A stretch of DNA of 64,000 nt from an uncultured Acidobacteriota bacterium (GTDB taxonomy: Bacteria; Acidobacteriota; Thermoanaerobaculia; Multivoradales; UBA5704). A program made the position numbers and the translations under genes. Numbering within the stretch: the stretch's first letter is position 1; every line of letters starts with the position of its first letter. The notes below the pieces were generated by a model that did no database searches, was not told where the DNA came from, and saw only the letters and a program-made list of their open reading frames with translations. The stretch spans positions 5,088,001 through 5,152,000 of the forward strand of contig CAVYRF010000002.1 of the NCBI GenBank assembly GCA_963770895.1. The letters run 5' to 3'. Shown one piece after another: positions 18,118-27,336 of the stretch.

Positions 18118-19533
18118 GTGATGCGAGCGCGGCGTTTTCTGGCGGTGGCGGGCGTTGCCTGGGTGGGCTTTTTGAGCGGCACCGGCGTCTGCGTTGCCGC
18201 CGATGGCCCGGTGCAGGCCGCCCAGCAGGCCGATCCGCCGGTGCCGGCGGCCGGCGACAAGCCTGGTTCCCAGGAGCTGCCCGACTGGGTGCCGCGCCTG
18301 CTCGGCGCGCAGTTCACCTATATCGGCCAGCGGCTGCTGGCGTTTCCCGCCGCGTACTCGGGGCCGAACAGCCTGAAGAGCACCGGCGACCAGCAGGCGA
18401 CCGACACCTATGGGTTGTACTTCGGCTCGCGGCTGACGCGGCGGCTGCAGGCCTATTTCGACGCCGAGATGGCGCGCGGCCACGCGATCAGCAAGGCCAC
18501 CGGGCTGGCCGGCCTGACCAACGGCGACGTGATCCGCCAGGGGACGGTGAACCTGGGGATGGGGCCGTACATCGCGCGCGCCTATTTGCGCTACCTGGTG
18601 CCGCTCGGCGGCGACACCGCGCCGGTCGAGCGCGGCATGGATCACTTCGCGGGCCTGGAGCCGACGACGCGCCTGGAGTGGAAGGCCGGCAAGTTCGCCC
18701 TGACCGACGACTTCGACCAGAACCGCTACGCCAACACGACCCGCAGCCAGTTCATGAACTGGAGCCTGTTCAACGACACCGCCTGGGACTACGCCGCCGA
18801 CACCCGCGGCTACACGTTCGGCGTGCTGGCAGCCTGGGTGCATCCGACCTGGACGCTGCGCGCCGCGTCGGCGCAGATGCCGACGATGGCCAACGGCAAC
18901 GTGTTCGACCCCAAAGTCGGCGAGGCGCGCGGCGACAACCTGGAGCTGCAGCTGGGCCCCTGGCGGGAGGCGACGATCGTGCGCCTGCTGGCGTACGAGA
19001 ACCACGGCCGCATGGGGATCTACCGCGACGCGATCGACCAGGCGCTGGCGGCGGGCGGCGTTCCCGACATCGTCGCCGACGACAGGGAGGGGCGCCGCAA
19101 ATATGGGTTCGGCGTCAACGTGGAGCAGCCGCTTGCCGACAAGGGCGAAACCGGCGTCTTTCTGCGCCTGGGTTGGAACGATGGCCACACCGAGGACTTC
19201 GTGTTCACCGAGGCCGACCGCATGGCGAGCGGCGGCGTGCAGGTCGCCGGCAACACCTGGGGGCGCGCCGAGGACCGCGTGGGTCTGGGCCTGACGCTGC
19301 ACGGCCTGTCGCCCGATCACCGCGACTACCTGGCCGCGGGCGGCCTGGGATTCCTGCTCGGCGACGGCGCCCTGCACTACGGCCTGGAGGAGATCCTGGA
19401 GCTGTACTACCGCTTCCAGCTGGGCAAGTACTGGCAGGTGAGCCCCGACGCGCAGTACATCCGCGATCCGGGCTACAACCAGGACCGCGGCCCCGCGACC
19501 GTCCTCAGCCTGCGGGCCAACTTCCACTGGTAG
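18118..19533 (+). CDS. Outer-membrane porin, OprB/carbohydrate-porin superfamily (high-affinity Mn porin-like)
   Basis: Signal peptide; GKFALTDDFDQNRYA, FMNWSL, WDYAADTRGYTFG, SPDAQYIRDPGYNQDRGP; terminal aromatic residue. Confidence 0.85.
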   Translation: MMRARRFLAVAGVAWVGFLSGTGVCVAADGPVQAAQQADPPVPAAGDKPGSQELPDWVPRLLGAQFTYIGQRLLAFPAAYSGPNSLKSTGDQQATDTYGLYFGSRLTRRLQAYFDAEMARGHAISKATGLAGLTNGDVIRQGTVNLGMGPYIARAYLRYLVPLGGDTAPVERGMDHFAGLEPTTRLEWKAGKFALTDDFDQNRYANTTRSQFMNWSLFNDTAWDYAADTRGYTFGVLAAWVHPTWTLRAASAQMPTMANGNVFDPKVGEARGDNLELQLGPWREATIVRLLAYENHGRMGIYRDAIDQALAAGGVPDIVADDREGRRKYGFGVNVEQPLADKGETGVFLRLGWNDGHTEDFVFTEADRMASGGVQVAGNTWGRAEDRVGLGLTLHGLSPDHRDYLAAGGLGFLLGDGALHYGLEEILELYYRFQLGKYWQVSPDAQYIRDPGYNQDRGPATVLSLRANFHW

Positions 19534-19623
19534 GCCGTCGCCGCCCGGCCGCCAGGTTCAAGGATTCTTGAGACGCTTTTTCCAAGGTCATTGACACAGC
19601 TTACACAAATATTTGCATTTTTA

Positions 19624-19652
19624 TTGACAATAACTTTAGCGCAGCTTACTCT
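19624..19652 (+). promoter_or_regulatory. Sigma70-like promoter in AT-rich patch
   Basis: TTGACA(19624-19629)-17 bp-TACTCT(19647-19652); second TTGACA at 19591; AT-rich upstream tract. Confidence 0.65.
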
Positions 19653-19756
19653 TCACGTTCGGGCGTGCCGGGGTGCGAGGGCCGGGGGATGCGGCGCATG
19701 GGGTGCCGTGACGCGGGCCTTCACGCCGCGGCGCGACCGTTCATAGGAGAGCTGCA

Positions 19757-20470
19757 ATGAAAAATCTCATGGGGGCATTTGCAATCCTGGCGATGGTGCT
19801 GGGTGGCGCGTCGGCAGCGCAGGCCACGACGTGCAACATCGATCTGCGCAACACGGGTACCCAGACGGCCTATGACCTGGCGCTGATCCTGCCGGGGACC
19901 AGGACCGTCAACCAGTGGTACAACGGCGGCTGCAACAACGACATTTTCAGCACCGCCACGTACACGCAGACCGGAGGCAACACGATTCTGCATTGGACCA
20001 ATCCGCAGACGCCGATCGTGCCCGACCCGACCGGCACGTTGCCGCAGGTCCACGTCGGCTGGACCACCACCGACAACTACTGCCCGCCGACGATCGTCGG
20101 CTACTGGACCGATCAAAATGGCAATCAGATCTCCGGCAGCTTCGTCGCCACCGTGGTCGATCACCTGACCGGCACCGCCGTCTCCATTCCGAACGGCCTG
20201 AGCGTTCCCATCACCATCTCGAACGTGCGCTACGGCGTCTTTTCGGCGCCGGTGTCGCTGCCGGAGCTGAACGCCTGCAACCAGACGGTGGTCGGCAACC
20301 TGAAGACCATCTATAGCGGCTCGATCGTGCTCAATCCGGGCGCCGCCCTGACCCTCCCCGTCCCGACCTGCTATGAGTGCCCCGTCGTGGTCAACTACAA
20401 CAGCTCGGCCAGCGCCTCCGACGCGGTAACCGGCAACTGGATCGGCGACACGACGCCCGCGGCGCCGTAG
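19757..20470 (+). CDS. Secreted Thr/Asn/Cys-rich beta-rich hypothetical protein
   Basis: AGGAGAG RBS; signal peptide ending SAAQA; own promoter and terminator. Confidence 0.8.
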   Translation: MKNLMGAFAILAMVLGGASAAQATTCNIDLRNTGTQTAYDLALILPGTRTVNQWYNGGCNNDIFSTATYTQTGGNTILHWTNPQTPIVPDPTGTLPQVHVGWTTTDNYCPPTIVGYWTDQNGNQISGSFVATVVDHLTGTAVSIPNGLSVPITISNVRYGVFSAPVSLPELNACNQTVVGNLKTIYSGSIVLNPGAALTLPVPTCYECPVVVNYNSSASASDAVTGNWIGDTTPAAP

Positions 20471-20509
20471 TTGATTCCGCATCGCCACTCCTGCCTGACA
20501 CGTTGACCG

Positions 20510-20548
20510 CGAAGGGGTGACGCGCCGCATCGGCGCGTCACCCCTTCG
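20510..20548 (+). terminator. Perfect 18-bp inverted repeat, probable terminator
   Basis: CGAAGGGGTGACGCGCCG-CAT-CGGCGCGTCACCCCTTCG, 40 bp after stop codon. Confidence 0.75.
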
Positions 20549-20694
20549 TTCGGGTCGTCCATGCCCCCCGGCTCCAGCGGTTCGGCGCGTTGCTGGACCA
20601 GCGAACGCCTTGTTGCGGTAGCATATCGGCCGCTGGTTGCAGCCTGGTTCAGGGGCCTGGTTCAGGAACGTTCGCGTCGCTCAGGAGAGTCTGC

Positions 20695-22326
20695 ATGAAA
20701 AAAGGCGCTGGTTGGTCGTCGGCTCTGTTCACCCTGGTTCTCTTCATCGGTTCGTGGGGGTGCCGCAGCGGCATCGCCGCGCAGCTCCAGCTGGGCGACT
20801 CCGGCGCTTCGGGTCCCCTGTCCGCGGTCGCCTCGGCGCAGCCGGCGGTCAGCAGCCCGGGCGTCATCACCTGCTCGCAATTCGCCTCCTCGCTCCGCCG
20901 CGGCACGTATCCGTTTCGCAGCCTGATGCAGCAGTTCTCGGCGACCTATACCGGCGCCAACTCGTTGGGCATCCGCTACCTGGCGGTGCAGCCCGGCCCG
21001 GCAGCCACGGCGTATCCGACCGTGGTGTTTTTCAACGGCACGTCGCAGATCGCCCCGGACTGGCCGGCGCAGATGCTGGTGTCGACCGGCAGCGCGCTGT
21101 GCAACCACGCGGCGCTGGTGTTTTTTGACTATCCGGGCGTCGGCGGCACCACCTATCCCGGCGACACGGCGTTCACCTTCGACAACGTCTCCGCGACCGT
21201 CTACGACCTGCTTGCCTCGCTCAAATCCAGCCACGCTCTGAACGTCACCGTCGTGGACCCGGCCGGCTGGTCGCTGGGCACGGCCGCGGCGATCAAGTTC
21301 GGCGTGCTGGCAGCCCACAACGACAGCTTCAAGGCCAGCGGCATGTCGATCGGCTCGTTTTTCCTGGTTGCGGTAAAACCCGGCGGCGATCTGCATTCGT
21401 CCAGCACCGTCGCGCCGCAGAGCTGCGGCGCGATCAAGTCGGCGGCGGCGGACGACGACGCCACCGCCACCGCCGCCGCCACGTCGCCGGCGGCGCCGGA
21501 TGCGCGGGCCGGCGCCACCACCTACTACCCGGCGACGGGTGCCCAGGCGATGTGCGCCACGTCGGTCTTGAGCCAGCTGCTGGTCAAGTCGACCTACGAC
21601 GCCGCGCTGGACATCAAGAACGAGTTCGCCAGGCTGACGTTCCCCTATGTGGACGTGGTGCCGTCGGGCAAGCCGCAGACGCCCTACGGCGCGGGCGATC
21701 CCCCCACGGTCTGCGCCACGTCGCTCTCCGGCCTGGACGTGGAGGCGCTCTGCAACCTGCAGACCGCCAAGCCTATCGAGACGCAGTGCGTCGCCAGCGC
21801 GACTTCGGTGTGCGGCAGCACGCTCGCGCTGCTCGACGCAAACCGCGCGCAGAGCCCCTATGTGGGCGGCATCTCCTACGACGACTACCTCGGCGAACGG
21901 GAGATGATCTTCACCTTCGATTACGCCTCGTGCTCGTCGGCTTCGGCGACGTCCTGGCAGTCGATCGGTTGCCAATTCAATCCCAACCAGACGGGCAACC
22001 AGCTGTACGACCCCGAGCTGATCGTCGACGGCTCTCCCTGCCAGACGGTGCTGACGACGTCCGCCAACGCCTCGCCGGCAATCCAGGGCTGCCCCGGCCT
22101 GACCGGCTCGGTCAAGGGCGCCAAGTTCTACGTCTGGAACGGCGAGGAAGACCTGCTGATCCGGCCCGATTACGGGCAGGTGCTGTGCACCTGGCTCAGC
22201 AACCACGATTTTCCCTGCACCTACCGCACGTTCCCCAATGCCGGCCACGGCGTCCTCTTCACCTGGGCGACGACCATGTACCCGCAGCTGGCCGCGGCGA
22301 TCGCGGCAAGCGTCAGCGCCAGGTAG
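20695..22326 (+). CDS. Exported Cys-rich alpha/beta-hydrolase
   Basis: AGGAGAG RBS; signal with possible lipobox (SWGC); FDYPGVG, GWSLG nucleophile elbow, GEEDLLI, AGHGV. Confidence 0.8.
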   Translation: MKKGAGWSSALFTLVLFIGSWGCRSGIAAQLQLGDSGASGPLSAVASAQPAVSSPGVITCSQFASSLRRGTYPFRSLMQQFSATYTGANSLGIRYLAVQPGPAATAYPTVVFFNGTSQIAPDWPAQMLVSTGSALCNHAALVFFDYPGVGGTTYPGDTAFTFDNVSATVYDLLASLKSSHALNVTVVDPAGWSLGTAAAIKFGVLAAHNDSFKASGMSIGSFFLVAVKPGGDLHSSSTVAPQSCGAIKSAAADDDATATAAATSPAAPDARAGATTYYPATGAQAMCATSVLSQLLVKSTYDAALDIKNEFARLTFPYVDVVPSGKPQTPYGAGDPPTVCATSLSGLDVEALCNLQTAKPIETQCVASATSVCGSTLALLDANRAQSPYVGGISYDDYLGEREMIFTFDYASCSSASATSWQSIGCQFNPNQTGNQLYDPELIVDGSPCQTVLTTSANASPAIQGCPGLTGSVKGAKFYVWNGEEDLLIRPDYGQVLCTWLSNHDFPCTYRTFPNAGHGVLFTWATTMYPQLAAAIAASVSAR

Positions 22327-22517
22327 CGTCGAGCGCGGGCCGCCGCCGCGCGACGTCGCGTTTGCCGCAGCCGCGGCATCGTTGCACCGCGGGCCGCCGC
22401 CGGGCCGGCCGGCGGCGGTCGCGCGCGGTGGAACCGGCGCGGGGGGCCAGCCGTGTCGCCGGTGGGCGACGGTTTGCATAGGTCATGCGTAGGAGGGCGT
22501 AAGAGGAGGTGCACCCC

Positions 22518-23156
22518 ATGCGAGAGAATGGTTTTTCCACTGCCTTGCGACGGCTTTGCCGATGCGGACGTTCGATCGCGCTCAACCTGGCGGCAGCCGC
22601 GGCATTGGCCGCCGCGATGCTGCCTTTGGCGCTTCCCGCCGCGGCTGCCGAGCCGCCGCCGCAGAAGGCCCTGCTGCGGATCCACCTCACCAGCTACGCG
22701 AACATCCAGGTCTTCAACGAGGTGGACTGGGACGTGCTCATCTCGACGACCGGTCAGGTGCAGGGATACACCACCTGTGGGTGCGAGGAATGCGAAGGTC
22801 TCTGGATCACCGTCGCCAAGACGGCCCAGCTGTCGCCCTCCCAGCTGAGCACGCTCCAGGCAGCCTTGGCAAACAACGCCATTGGCGTGCAACCCAGCTG
22901 CAGCTACCTTGACGGGCTGCTTCCTGGTGACAGCGGCACGTATCAGCTGCAATGGTACGGGCACACCACGCGCGAGAACATCATCACGATGTCCCTCGGC
23001 CTCGCCGTCACCCCTCCCGCCTGCAGCGCACAGGAGCTCGACCTGTTCAAGACCATCGACGATCTGGTGATCAACGTCCTGGGCTTCCCACCGACTCTCG
23101 CGCCCGAGACGGTGACCTCAGGGGGCAACGCCTGCGGCGCGATTCAGGGAAACTGA
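22518..23156 (+). CDS. Secreted hypothetical protein with CGCEEC motif
   Basis: GAGGAGG RBS; Ala-rich signal peptide; several Cys. Confidence 0.7.
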   Translation: MRENGFSTALRRLCRCGRSIALNLAAAAALAAAMLPLALPAAAAEPPPQKALLRIHLTSYANIQVFNEVDWDVLISTTGQVQGYTTCGCEECEGLWITVAKTAQLSPSQLSTLQAALANNAIGVQPSCSYLDGLLPGDSGTYQLQWYGHTTRENIITMSLGLAVTPPACSAQELDLFKTIDDLVINVLGFPPTLAPETVTSGGNACGAIQGN

Positions 23157-23354
23157 GCCGCGCCGTGCCAGGAGCGGCGCAGGGGCATCGGCAGATTGGA
23201 GGCGTGCCCGTACACCTGCTCCGGTGGCCGCGAGGACACCGGGCGCCTCCTGGTGGCGGCGGCTTGCGCCGGGCGGTCGGCGGACACTAAGCTGCGCGGG
23301 ATGTTGGCGAGGGTTTTGAGGGAGCTGGCGATCGAGCGGGGGCGGTGCGGCGCG

Positions 23355-24110
23355 ATGGCTGCTTTGGCGCTGGTGTTGCTGGCGGCGGCGGGCGCGGGTG
23401 GGTGCGCGGCGCGCTGGCAGCCGGCGCCGGTGCCGATGCGGACGCTGGCGCTGCCGACGGGGCTGGCGTCTTCGCGTTGCCTGGTGGTCCTGCTGCCGGG
23501 GCTGAGCGGCAGCCCCGAGAACTTTGCCTATGCCAACTTTGCGGCGGTGGCGGCCGCCGGCGGGTTGTCGGCGGATCTGCTGGCCGCCGATGCCAGGCTG
23601 GCCTACTACTATCACCGGCACGACATCGTGGAGCGGCTCCACGACGATGTGATCGCACCGGCGCGCGCCCGCGGTTATCAGCAGATCTGGCTGGTCGGGG
23701 TCTCGATGGGGGCCAGCAGCTCGCTGCTGTACATCGACGAGCATCCGGGAGAGATCGCCGGCCTGTTCATGATCGCTCCCTACCTGGGCGAGCGGCAGAT
23801 CCTGGACGAAGTGGCCGCGGCCGGCGGTGTGGCGCGCTATGCACCGCCGGTGCCTCTCCAGCAGGCCGACTTTCAGCATCGCCTGTGGCGGGCCCTGGAG
23901 CGGTCGCTGCCGGGCGGCGACCGCCCCATCCCGCTGTACGTCGGCTACGGCGACAGCGATCGCTTCGTGCGCTCCGATCGCATGGTGGCCGACGCGCTGC
24001 CGGCCGGCCACGTGTTCACCACGCCGGGCGGCCACGGCTGGGTCACCTGGAAGCGCATCTGGCGCAAGTTCGTCGCGAGCGGCGCCCTGCCGCGCACCGG
24101 TCGCGCCTGA
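23355..24110 (+). CDS. Alpha/beta-hydrolase lipoprotein
   Basis: Lipobox AGGC; LVVLLPG, GVSMG, GDSDRF, GGHGW; start could be 23301. Confidence 0.85.
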   Translation: MAALALVLLAAAGAGGCAARWQPAPVPMRTLALPTGLASSRCLVVLLPGLSGSPENFAYANFAAVAAAGGLSADLLAADARLAYYYHRHDIVERLHDDVIAPARARGYQQIWLVGVSMGASSSLLYIDEHPGEIAGLFMIAPYLGERQILDEVAAAGGVARYAPPVPLQQADFQHRLWRALERSLPGGDRPIPLYVGYGDSDRFVRSDRMVADALPAGHVFTTPGGHGWVTWKRIWRKFVASGALPRTGRA

Positions 24111-24125
24111 TTCATTCCCCTGCGA

Positions 24126-26940
24126 CTAATCACAGGGTAGCGCGGCGGTGTCTTGCACCGGCTTCGCCGCGGTCTGGTCGGGGTTGGTGTAGGTCTTCAC
24201 CTGGTTGGTCTGGGTGTCGGTGACGGTGACGGTGAAGCCGACGTTGGTGCCGGCGGCGTAGAAAATCCAGTAGCGGTTGTTGACCGCGCAGGCGTCGAGC
24301 ACCTTGACCAGCATCTCGGGGTTGTCGGCGGCGAAGAACCACAGCAGGCCGCCCTGCGCGACGCCCAGGCTCTGCAGGCCGATCGCCTGTCCGGACCCCT
24401 CGCTGCCGCCGCCCTGGGCGGTGTGGTAGTGGGCCTTGACGGCAAAGCGTCCGTTGATGCAGAGCGAGGTGGACGTCGCCGTGCAACCCGCCTCCTGGAC
24501 CGGCGGCGGTGCCGCCGCGCCTGCCGCCGACGCCGCCAGCGCCGCCGGCAGGCGTGCGGGTGGGGCCGGCGCGGCTGGCGGGGCGGCCGGCGCGACGTCG
24601 CCGTCGAAGCAGCCGAAGGCGGCGGTGTCCTGCACGGGCAGCGCCGCCGTGCCGTCTGGATTGGAGTAGATCTTGCTGCGGCCGGTGTGGGAATCGATGA
24701 CCTGCACGGTGAAACCGACGTTGGTGGTGGCGGAGGAGAAGACCCAGAACTGCTGGTTGACGGCGCAGCCGTTGAGCACCTTGAGCAGCATTTCCGGGTT
24801 GGTGGCGTCGAAAAACCAGAACAGGCCGCCGTGGGACACACCCACGCTGGCGAGCGAGATCGCCTGGCCGTCGCCGGCATGACCGCCGCCTTCGCTGGTG
24901 CTGAAGATGGACTTCACCTGCCAGCGCCCGTCGCCCGGCTGATCGTCCAGGCAGAGGGTGGTGGCGCCGGGCGTGCAGCGGCTGTTGAAGATGTACAGCG
25001 CTCCCTGTTGAGACCTTCCCGCGACGGTGGCGAAGATGGCACCCGCGACGACGGTCGAGCCGTCGCCGCTCAGCGCTATCTGGCCCATTTCGTCGCCCGA
25101 CTGGCCGTCCGCCGCGGTCAGCTTCGCCGCCTGGGTCTGGTCGGTCCAGGCCGGTCCGGAGCGCTCGAAGACGTAGGCGGCGCCCTGGCTGGTGTGGCCC
25201 GCGACGGTGGCGAAGCGGGTGGCGCCCACGACCGTCGCGCTGTCGTCGCTGACTCCCAGGGATTCGCCGAAGAGGTCGTCCGCGGCGCCGTCGGATTGCG
25301 TCAGCTTGGCGGTCTGGGTGCCGTTGGACCAGGCGCTGCCGGGCCGCGTGAACACATACGCCGCGCCTTGCGAGCCGTTGCTGCCGACCTGGGCGCCGGC
25401 AGCTCCCGCCACGATGGTCGTGCCGTCGCCGCTCATCGCCAGGCCGAAGCCCAGCTGATCGTCGGCGGCGCCATCGGCGGCGGTCAGCTTGGCGGTCTGC
25501 GTCGCGTTCAGCCAGGCGCCGGCAGGTCTGGCAAACACGTAGACCGCCCCCTGCGAGATGTGGCCATCGATGCTTGCATCGGCGCTGGCCGCGATGGTGG
25601 CGCCGTCGGCGCTGATGGCGTTGGCGACGCCCAGCCCGTCTTCCGCCACGCCGTCGGCGGCGGTCAGCTTGGCGGTCTGGGTGCTGTTCGTCCACAGGGT
25701 GCCGGGGCGGCTGAAGACATAGGCGGCGCCCTGCTCCTGGTGGCCGTCGACGGTGGCTGCGAAGGTGGACGCCACGACGGTGGCGCCGTCGCCGCTGACC
25801 GAGACGGCCCGCAGGTTGTCCCCGGCGGCGCCGTCCGAGGCGACCAGCTTTGCCTGTTGCGTCTGGCTCGCCCAGGCCTGGCCCGACCGCGCGAACACGT
25901 ACACGGCGCCCTGCTCGGAGTTGCTGCCGACCTTGGCATAGAGGGCGGCGGCGACGATCGTCGAGCCGTCGGCGCTGATCGCGACGCCGTGCGGGAAATA
26001 GCCCAGCATGTCGTCCGCGGCGCCGTCGGCGGCGGTCAGCTTGGCGGTCTGGGTGGCATTCGCCCAGCCCGCGGCCGGCCGCGAGAAGACGTACACCGCG
26101 CCGGCGGACCCGTGCCCCAGGACGTTGGCGCCGGGCGAGCCCGCCACGACGGTCGCGCCGTCGTCGCTGATGGCGACGGAGGAGCCGAGGCTGTCCATGG
26201 CGGCTCCGTCCGAGGCCAGTAGCTTTGCCACCTGCACGAAGGGGTCGACGGTGAGCGGATAGGTCGCGCCATCGTCCTCTACGCGCAGGACCAGCTGCCG
26301 CCCCTGCAGATCGAAGCGGGCTGCGAGCTGGCGGCCGCGCGCGTCGTACGCCGCCAGGCCGCTGTAGCGGAGGACCTGGCCGCCGGATGCCGCGGCCAGC
26401 AGGATGCCGCGCCCATCTGCTGCCAGCGAGGCGCGCAGGTCGCCGGTCGAGGCCATCGACAGCAGCAGGTCGCCCCGGCCGGCGGGGCGGCGGCGGAGGG
26501 TCCAGCCCTGTTCGAGCCCTGAGGGGCCGTTGACGAACCACGCTTCGACGTCCCGGCCGGCGAAGGTGACGCGGTTGGCCGCGGGGGTGCGGGCCGCGGA
26601 CCGCATCGCGGTGCGCCCCGCGCCGGCGCGGCGCCCGACCGCCGCCGCCGACAGCGCCCAGCGGTGTCCGCCCGCCGACACCTGGACGCCGCCGTCCAGG
26701 ATCTGCGCCGTGGCGCCGCCGGCGATGGCAGCCTGGCAACCGCCGGCGTGCGGGATCAGGGCGTAGGCGGCATCGTCGCTGCCCAAGGTGGACGACATCA
26801 GCGCGTGCAGCGCCGGCGATGCGGGGAGCGCCGGCGCCCAGGGCACCGCACAGCATCCATGCGACGGCCGCTGCGCAGATGCGGAGCGGCGCGCCTGTGG
26901 CCGGGTGCGCGGCGGCTGCGGGCGTCGGCGGGTGGGGCAT
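24126..26940 (-). CDS. FG-GAP (integrin-alpha-like) seven-bladed propeller surface protein with two C-terminal Cys-bounded domains; apparent 1-nt frameshift after the signal peptide
   Basis: Seven AKL.A.DG...D..G..VAIS.DG.TVV.G...GAVYVF repeats; AGAAAGGA RBS, ATG 26940 and signal peptide lie out of frame with the body; shift near 26823-26826. Confidence 0.8.
24985..26236 (-). repeat. Seven intragenic ~180-bp FG-GAP repeats
   Basis: Recurring GGCGGTCAGCTTGGCGGTCTG-like DNA at ~180-bp spacing; coding. Confidence 0.85.
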
Positions 26941-26988
26941 GGCGATGTTCCTTTCTGGTGAACCTGGGCCAGCGTGGGGACCGGGCAG

Positions 26989-27157
26989 CCCTGGTGCCCC
27001 GCACGGTTCATTCGCATGGTATTCGCTTGCCCTCCGGCCCCCTGGCTGCGTTTCGCCTCCTCGACATAGGTTCAACTATGCCTGCGTCGGCGCGCCTTGC
27101 CAGAGGACCGGATTGCGGCGCGACTACCATGCGAATGAACCGTGCGGTGCCCCAGGG
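26989..27157. repeat. 169-bp degenerate palindrome with 33-bp terminal inverted repeats (31/33)
   Basis: 26989-27021 vs 27125-27157 (TACCATGCGAATGAACCGTGCGG...); inner 12/14 match; central CATAG-N6-CTATG. Confidence 0.9.
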
Positions 27158-27336
27158 GCATACGCATTTCTAATCTGAACATACATATTGCCAAGTTGCT
27201 ATGGCATCGGGATGCGGTCCCCCCGTAGCGCCCATGCCTTCGCCCCCGGGCGGCAAAGCGGCCCGGCGGCGCCATGCTAAGCTGGTCCACACGACCAAAG
27301 GAACTTGACTCCGCCTGTAGGCGAGTCGGCCCCACG

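Noticed and set aside
24985-26236. Regularly spaced DNA repeats resembling a CRISPR array
   Set aside because: About 180-bp period, degenerate at third codon positions, encode FG-GAP blades; no cas genes
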